From Arenicellales bacterium (lineage in GTDB: Bacteria; Pseudomonadota; Gammaproteobacteria; BMS3Bbin11): a DNA stretch of 64,000 bases. The stretch lies in assembly GCA_029287915.1 (NCBI GenBank), contig JARFQE010000125.1, forward strand, positions 18,114-82,113, given 5' to 3'. Below the pieces are notes generated by a model. That model saw only the letters and a list, made by a program, of their open reading frames with translations. It made no database searches and was not told the origin of the DNA. The position numbers and the translations under genes were made by a program. Of the stretch, positions 58,018 to 64,000 are shown piece after piece. Numbering within the stretch: position 1 is the stretch's first letter; every line of letters starts with the position of its first letter.

Positions 58018-58788
58018 ATGAGCACACAGTCAATTTTCTGTTTCTTAATTTCCGCTCTGATGCTGTCCTTTACTCCGGCCCATGCCGAAAAACCAGTATC
58101 CGGCTATGATTACCTGTTACCTGAAATGCAGGAAATGCAGGATGACGAATTCGGAAATCCTGGGATGATAGCTGTCGATGCCGGTGCAGCACTATTTTCC
58201 AAACCGGGTGAGAACAATAAATCCTGCGCCTCCTGTCATGGCGACGGAGGCAGTAAACTTGATATTAAGAATATTGCCCGCTACCCAGTTTATAGCATCG
58301 AGTTAAAAAAACCCATGACCCTTCGCGGCCAAATTTTGATATGCCAGAATGAGCGGATCGGAGGCCCGGCTCTGGAATATGCGAGTGAAAAAGCGCTGCA
58401 GCTTGAAGCCTTTGTTCGCCGCCTTGCAGTGGGAGAAACCATCAATGTAGATGTTAGTGGTGCGATGTCACCCTATTACGATGCCGGCAAGAAACTGTTT
58501 CACACGCGCTGGGGCCAGGTCGACATTGCCTGCCACCAATGTCACGATTACCACGCAGGTAGAACCTTCCGTGGCCAGATACTTAGCCAGGGACAGTCTA
58601 ACGGTTTCCCCGGCTATCGTTATACTGCAGGAAAAGTCGTGGGAACACATGAACGGATCACTGGATGCCTGACTAATCTGCGTGCTGAACCCTACCCCAT
58701 AGGCTCAGAAGAATACATAAACTTCGAAGTCTATATGAATGCTCGCAGCAATGGCCTGCAGATAGAAACACCGGGGATAAGATATTAA
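58018..58788 (+). CDS. soxA: Sulfur-oxidation c-type cytochrome SoxA (dihaem)
   Basis: 256 aa, signal peptide, CASCH and CHQCH haem motifs, conserved active-site cysteine in ERITGCLTNLRAEPYP. Confidence 0.85.
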   Translation: MSTQSIFCFLISALMLSFTPAHAEKPVSGYDYLLPEMQEMQDDEFGNPGMIAVDAGAALFSKPGENNKSCASCHGDGGSKLDIKNIARYPVYSIELKKPMTLRGQILICQNERIGGPALEYASEKALQLEAFVRRLAVGETINVDVSGAMSPYYDAGKKLFHTRWGQVDIACHQCHDYHAGRTFRGQILSQGQSNGFPGYRYTAGKVVGTHERITGCLTNLRAEPYPIGSEEYINFEVYMNARSNGLQIETPGIRY

Positions 58789-58998
58789 GAAGCTTTCTAT
58801 AATCTAATATCCATATGTCTACACCCCCTAAGGTGTGTGTATGGAAAATGGCATTTTACAGCCCCTTACCGCATTATTCTCTTCCTGGAATATCTCGAAA
58901 ATCGCGACAGATAGGGATCTGTTCCGAGCTGCCCTTTAGTGCTATGGTCTGAATTTTCAGCGGCAGTACCCCATAGAAACCATATAACGGGATAGTTA

Positions 58999-59601
58999 AT
59001 GTTTAAAAAAATCGTCGTTGGTGTCTTCGTACTGTTCTGGCTCATATTAGCGATCAATCCCATTCATGCCGGGGTATGGGCAATGGAAAACTTCCTGGTC
59101 GTTATCATTTTTCCACTAGTTCTCTGGCTCGATAGCAAATATAACTTCAACAACTGGACCTTCCTGATACTTACTATCTTCGTCATTTTACATCTGTTTG
59201 GCGCACATTATACCTATGAGAAAATGATCTATTTCACATGGCTCTCGGACTGGCTAGGCTGGGAACGCAACTATTATGACCAGTTCATCCACTTTCTTTT
59301 TGGGCTAATGGTATTTACCCCGTTTTTTGAAGTATTTTACCATCAGGGTCTTTCTAGAAATTTAAGTTACCTCATCGCTTTCCTGTTTATTGGTGCCATC
59401 AATGCCTGGTACGAAGTCCTCGAGTGGCTTGCAATGGTCATTTTCTGTCGCGAACCGGATTGTTTACAGTTCATCATCCAGAAAGATGTATGGGATACAC
59501 AAAAAGATATGGCTTACGCTACAATTGGCGCAGTTATCGCCTTGCTAACACACAGATATTTTAGCAGAGAAGGAAGAAAAAAATCGGCGCCAATAAAGTG
59601 A
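58999..59601 (+). CDS. DUF2238 (YjdF-like) inner membrane protein
   Basis: 200 aa, six TM helices, Trp/Phe-rich pattern like YjdF. Confidence 0.65.
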   Translation: MFKKIVVGVFVLFWLILAINPIHAGVWAMENFLVVIIFPLVLWLDSKYNFNNWTFLILTIFVILHLFGAHYTYEKMIYFTWLSDWLGWERNYYDQFIHFLFGLMVFTPFFEVFYHQGLSRNLSYLIAFLFIGAINAWYEVLEWLAMVIFCREPDCLQFIIQKDVWDTQKDMAYATIGAVIALLTHRYFSREGRKKSAPIK

Positions 59602-59721
59602 AAGACCGGCTTTCTGATAGAGGCCCTGCCACATTCACTTCATATAACGCCCGATAGAGGCAGCTCCCAAGGAGCCAACCAGGTATGACCCAATGGCTGA
59701 CCTGGTTGCTGCGATCTGAGA

Positions 59722-60084
59722 CTAGTGGTTTTTTATCTTGAGATTTGTCTTGGTATTGTTTTTTGCCAGATGTTTATAACGATTGGCCGCTTGCTCTGCT
59801 AAACGTGCTAATACTGCTTTAAGGTCACTATCTGCTAATGCTTTGATCGCAACATTATCTGTTAATTGTGGTGCTAAAGAATAAAAAGGTTCCTGCCCGG
59901 GCAGCAGAGATATATCTTCATAAGCTGCAGTAACATTTCCATCTGTCGCGAGACTAAAAAGCTCCTGAATAGTGCCAATAAAGAATTTTTTTACATCCTC
60001 AACCGATTCTGCCTGATTAAGCTGATCTCGTAATTTTGGTAAAATCTGATGTTCGTATTTTGTTAAAGACATCATTTTCGTCAT
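59722..60084 (-). CDS. Hypothetical protein (120 aa)
   Basis: ORF only; helical; no recognisable family. Confidence 0.4.
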   Translation of the reverse strand: MTKMMSLTKYEHQILPKLRDQLNQAESVEDVKKFFIGTIQELFSLATDGNVTAAYEDISLLPGQEPFYSLAPQLTDNVAIKALADSDLKAVLARLAEQAANRYKHLAKNNTKTNLKIKNH

Positions 60085-60408
60085 AACCTGTTCCCTTTAA
60101 TTAGTTGGGGTTGCGTATTTTTATCCACTTATTGCACTGAAAGGATATATAAATTTCAAATTATCTCCGGCGGAAAATTATAACCTATTCTGAAAAACTC
60201 ATCTAATATTGTCTCGCACCCGACTCGAGCATTTTAACAAGCCTGTCGTACTGACATATAGTTTCCGCTATGCAGACTTCATTATCGGATTTATCGCCTG
60301 TTATTTCAGCGAATATTCCTGTCTTTTGTCATCCCCGTAAAAACGTCTGTCGATAGATTATTTGACATATAATATTGCTACTACTGATTAAATGCCGCCT
60401 CAGAATCC

Positions 60409-61245
60409 GTGAATAAGACAATGACCAGCTATGTGATTATCATAGTATTCAGCTTGCTACTGCTGAACGTCTGGATGTATTTCCAGCAGCCAAAGATGAT
60501 TTTTTACCCCATTCGTGAGCTGTATCAAACACCGGCTGACTGGGGTTTCGATTATGAAAATGTCATTTTCAACACAGCGGATGATGTGCAGCTGCATGGC
60601 TGGTATATTCCGCACAAGCAGTCAGAACATGTACTGCTCTTTTTTCGTGGTAATGCTGGCAATATCTCACACCGCCGCGATTCAATTGAGATATTTCATC
60701 GCCTTGGTTTGAATATCTTCATTATTGATTACCGGGGCTATGGGAAAAGCAAGGGCAGACCTGGAGAACAGGGCCTTTACCAGGATGCAGACGCGGCCTG
60801 GCATTATCTCACCGAAGAAAAGGGCTTTTCCGCCAACCAGATCATTATCTTCGGGCGCTCACTGGGCGGCGCTGTTGCAGCCAGCCTGGCTTCCGGGGTG
60901 CAGGCACGTGGCCTGATACTTGAATCAACCTTCAGTTCAGCACAGGATTTTGCCAGATCGGTATTTCCTGTTTTGTCACGACTGGTATTCATGCGCTACG
61001 ACTTCAATACCGCAAAGAAAATCCAGCGGGTACATTACCCGGTGCTTGTCCTGCACAGCCCGGATGATGAGATCATGCCATTTCATCTGGGTGAGAAAGT
61101 CTTCCAATTAGCGCATCAGCCAAAGCGCTTTGTATCGATGAAGGGTGATCATAATTATGGCTTTATCAGGAGCCAGCCGGAATATGAACAGGAACTTGCC
61201 AAATGGCTAGAGACATTATCAAAATATATGGAGCGTAAGTTCTAA
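60409..61245 (+). CDS. Alpha/beta-fold hydrolase (Bem46/YheT-like)
   Basis: 278 aa, N-terminal TM/signal, nucleophile elbow GRSLGG, Asp and His of the triad present (SPDDEI...GDHNYG). Confidence 0.8.
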   Translation: MNKTMTSYVIIIVFSLLLLNVWMYFQQPKMIFYPIRELYQTPADWGFDYENVIFNTADDVQLHGWYIPHKQSEHVLLFFRGNAGNISHRRDSIEIFHRLGLNIFIIDYRGYGKSKGRPGEQGLYQDADAAWHYLTEEKGFSANQIIIFGRSLGGAVAASLASGVQARGLILESTFSSAQDFARSVFPVLSRLVFMRYDFNTAKKIQRVHYPVLVLHSPDDEIMPFHLGEKVFQLAHQPKRFVSMKGDHNYGFIRSQPEYEQELAKWLETLSKYMERKF

Positions 61246-61256
61246 TTACCCTTTTT

Positions 61257-61946
61257 CTATATTGGTTCGTCAACCAATGGAACAAAGACTACACCTAGAA
61301 CACTTTTAATATCAATTTCACCCTGCTCATCTTTTTTAACCAGCATCAGTTCCTGAGACATGTAAGCCTCTCCTACTGGAATTACCAGATTACCTCCGGG
61401 TTTAAGTTGTTCGATAAGTGCTTCAGGTATATGCGACGCTGCTGCTGTGACAATGATGCCATCGTAAGGCGCATGCTCAGGCCAGCCTTTATAGCCATTA
61501 CCAATAGTCGTTTCAATATTGCTGTATTTCAATTCCTTAAGTCGTGCAGCGGCATTTTTACTCAGTGCTGCAATACATTCTATCGTATACACCTGTTTGC
61601 ATAGCAGGGACAAAATTGCGGTTTGATAGCCTGAGCCTGTCCCTATCTCAAGTATCCTGTGTGAAGGCTCAATGGACAGCATGTCTGTCATCAGTGCCAC
61701 TATGTAGGGCTGTGATATGGTTTGGCCGTCGCCTATTGGCAGTGGTCCGTTATAAAAGGCGGCGCTTTTTACATCACCGGGAACAAATTTGTCGCGCGGA
61801 ACACTTTCCATGGCCTTCATCACTCTGGGATCGAGTGCACTTTTACCTATCATATTTCGCGTAAATTTAACTTCGCTTTCGATATCGGCAATCATCCTTT
61901 TGATGTCATCATTCGTCATAGTACTACTCAGGTTCCTTCCTTCCAC
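61257..61946 (-). CDS. pcm: Protein-L-isoaspartate O-methyltransferase
   Basis: 229 aa, SAM motif [14 protein letters not shown], post-I and III motifs; short N-terminal extension. Confidence 0.9.
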   Translation of the reverse strand: MEGRNLSSTMTNDDIKRMIADIESEVKFTRNMIGKSALDPRVMKAMESVPRDKFVPGDVKSAAFYNGPLPIGDGQTISQPYIVALMTDMLSIEPSHRILEIGTGSGYQTAILSLLCKQVYTIECIAALSKNAAARLKELKYSNIETTIGNGYKGWPEHAPYDGIIVTAAASHIPEALIEQLKPGGNLVIPVGEAYMSQELMLVKKDEQGEIDIKSVLGVVFVPLVDEPI

Positions 61947-63196
61947 GATGAAAGATATTTAACTTGCTGCTCAGTGAGTTCATCAATCTGGATATCCATT
62001 GATTTCAATTTCAGGCGTGCAACTTCCTGATCGATATCAGCAGGGACGTCATGCACTGTGTTGTCCAGCTTGTGTTTTTGACTCGCCAGATAAACTGCGC
62101 ACAGAACCTGGTTTGCGAAACTCATATCCATCACCGCAGAAGGGTGCCCTTCGGCAGCAGCAAGGTTTACAAGGCGACCCTCTGATAACAGACAAAGGCG
62201 GCGGCCGTCGGCCAGTGTATATTCATCAACCGAGGGCCGGGGACGTCGTTTACTAATGCTCATGGCTTCAAGGGCCTGAAGATTAATTTCCACATTAAAG
62301 TGTCCAGAGTTTGCCATAACACAGTTATCCTTCATAACTTCCATGTGCGCCTGATCAACTACATGTTTGTCGCCCGTAGCGGTAATGATAAAATCTGATT
62401 TCCTGGCAGCCTCAAGCAGGGGCATAACCAGGTAACCATCCATACTTGCTTCCAGTGAGCGCAGCGGATCAACTTCAGTGATTATCACTTTTGCACCATG
62501 CCCTTTTGCACGCATGGCAATACCTCGACCACACCAGCCATAGCCGACAACGGTAAAGGTTTTACCTGCGAGCAAAATATTGGTTGCGCGTATAACGCCA
62601 TCAAGGACACTCTGTCCGGTGCCATAGCGATTATCAAACAGGTGCTTGGTCATTGCATCGTTGACCGCAATAATTGGAAACTTGAGTGCGTTCTCTCTGG
62701 CCATTGCACGCAACCGAATCACTCCGGTAGTTGTTTCCTCGGTACCGCCCAGCATGTTACTGACAAGATCAGTCCTTGTCTTATGTATTTCACTCACCAG
62801 GTCAGCGCCATCATCCATAGTGATAACTGGTCGATGATCCAGGGCAGCATTAATATGCTGGTAATAGACTTCAGTTGATTCACCACGAATGGCATATACC
62901 GGTATATCGTAGTGATCAACCAGAGCTGCTGCGACATCATCCTGGGTGCTGAGTGGATTACTGGCACATAAAACAATATCCGCACCAGCACTCTTGAGAG
63001 TACAGGCAAGGTTAGCGGTTTCAGTAGTAATGTGGAGACAGCCACTTATGCGAACACCTTCAAGAGGCCGGACCGTCCTGAAACGCAAGTCTAAACCACG
63101 CAATACCGGCATTTCCTTTAACGCCCATTGAATACGCTGAATCCCCTGTTCTACCAGGGTTCGATCTTTAATGTCGAAGCCACTTATGCCTGTCAT
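61928..63196 (-). CDS. ahcY: Adenosylhomocysteinase (short ~420-aa form)
   Basis: 422 aa. NAD-binding [10 protein letters not shown]; typical AhcY N-terminus; overlaps pcm start. Confidence 0.95.
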   Translation of the reverse strand: MTGISGFDIKDRTLVEQGIQRIQWALKEMPVLRGLDLRFRTVRPLEGVRISGCLHITTETANLACTLKSAGADIVLCASNPLSTQDDVAAALVDHYDIPVYAIRGESTEVYYQHINAALDHRPVITMDDGADLVSEIHKTRTDLVSNMLGGTEETTTGVIRLRAMARENALKFPIIAVNDAMTKHLFDNRYGTGQSVLDGVIRATNILLAGKTFTVVGYGWCGRGIAMRAKGHGAKVIITEVDPLRSLEASMDGYLVMPLLEAARKSDFIITATGDKHVVDQAHMEVMKDNCVMANSGHFNVEINLQALEAMSISKRRPRPSVDEYTLADGRRLCLLSEGRLVNLAAAEGHPSAVMDMSFANQVLCAVYLASQKHKLDNTVHDVPADIDQEVARLKLKSMDIQIDELTEQQVKYLSSWKEGT

Positions 63197-63360
63197 GTTC
63201 TATTCCGCATCCTTAATTCAATGAGCTCCTGCTAGAATGTATCTTCTGATTCAGAGCTTATTTACCCACATTACTGCCTGCTCATAATGAATCATAAAAT
63301 AAAACCAGATGTAGTATAAAGCTGTATACATGCCAGCTGTAAAAAATTTGTTATAAGAAA

Positions 63361-64000
63361 ATTATGCCGCAACAGATTACCATACGCTTTTACGAAGAAC
63401 TAAACGACTTCCTGCCACAGGATCAACGCAAAACTGATATCATTCATCAGTTAAAACAGAAAAGATCTGTCAAGGACCTCATCGAATCAATTGGTGTACC
63501 TCATACGGAAATCGACCTGATCATCGTCAATGGGAAAGCTGTTGATTTTAACTATCTGGTACAGGGCGGTGACTATATTAGTGTTTATCCAGTATTTGAA
63601 TCACTGGATATTTCAACGCTAAATCATTGCCAGCCAAAACCGTTACGTAAAACACGTTTCGTACTCGATACCCATCTGGGTAAACTTGCTGCATACATGC
63701 GCATGCTGGGTTTAGACACAATCTATCGTAATGACTACGATGACCCGCAGCTGGCCATAATAGCTGTCGATGAGCATCGCATACTACTAACCTGCGACCG
63801 ACAACTACTTATGCGTAAACAGATTACACATGGATACTTTGTCCGTTCAAGACAACCGCAACAACAACTTCTGGATGTTCTGTTGCGCTTTGACTTATAC
63901 AATAATCTGCAGCCGTTCACACGCTGTATGCATTGCAACGGAAAAATACGACCAGTAAAAAAACAGTCAATAGAAGACCGTCTACCACCTGGCACTAAAA
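63361..64000 (+). CDS. Mut7-C RNase-domain protein with N-terminal MoaD/ubiquitin-like domain (3' end beyond window)
   Basis: MPQQITIRFYEELNDFLP (Mut7-C ubiquitin-like start), then PIN-like domain RFVLDTHLGKLAAYMRMLGLDT and C-terminal Zn-ribbon cysteines (CMHCNG). The ORF is open to the window end. Confidence 0.7.
   Translation, partial: MMPQQITIRFYEELNDFLPQDQRKTDIIHQLKQKRSVKDLIESIGVPHTEIDLIIVNGKAVDFNYLVQGGDYISVYPVFESLDISTLNHCQPKPLRKTRFVLDTHLGKLAAYMRMLGLDTIYRNDYDDPQLAIIAVDEHRILLTCDRQLLMRKQITHGYFVRSRQPQQQLLDVLLRFDLYNNLQPFTRCMHCNGKIRPVKKQSIEDRLPPGTK

Noticed and set aside
1-64000. Mobile elements, CRISPR arrays, rRNA/tRNA genes
   Set aside because: No transposase, integrase, recombinase or Cas-like ORFs. 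No regularly spaced direct repeats. No intergenic segment shows a recognisable T-loop (GTTCGAnTC) within a plausible cloverleaf. The window appears to be core/accessory chromosome, not an island bounded by att sites.

Overview
This is a chromosomal, gammaproteobacterial-type window with a sulfur-oxidiser / C1-metabolism flavour. It is densely coding and has no transposase, integrase, CRISPR or rRNA, and I could not recognise a tRNA by eye. Five blocks stand out. (1) Positions 1-15077 form a molybdenum/tungsten-cofactor island. It holds a Cys-type, Tat-exported formate-dehydrogenase-like catalytic subunit (partial at the window start) at the end of a minus-strand operon DUF3305-DUF3306-polyferredoxin-TorD-like chaperone-'FDH-region TAT target'. 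A perfect sigma-54 -24/-12 promoter precedes that operon. Divergent from it are moaA-fdhD and a TunR-like HTH+PBP regulator, then an NtrC-type sigma-54 activator and a second sigma-54 promoter driving tupABC-mobA-mobB-moeA. (2) An orphan 910-aa secreted protein carries nine CxxCH haem motifs in its C-terminal half (18641-21373). (3) Housekeeping and stress genes follow (csp, yaeQ, srkA/yihE, sbcB, yjgA, DsbA-like, two tandem PPK2, GST). (4) A c-di-GMP-rich accessory stretch holds three GGDEF/EAL proteins, a GGDEF remnant, a PilT-like ATPase, pbpG and a TlpA fusion. Within it, a poly-G(9) tract sits between an ATG and the rest of a sensor diguanylate cyclase. (5) A tight minus-strand operon (47921-53818) encodes an ABC-2 exporter, a small membrane protein, a fatty-acid-hydroxylase::GH3 fusion and an MLE-subgroup enolase-superfamily enzyme. 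This is my best candidate for an undescribed biosynthetic system, possibly an N-acyl-amino-acid lipid. It is flanked by an SQR-type flavoprotein and, further on, soxXA. The window ends with pcm-ahcY and a partial Mut7-C RNase-domain gene.
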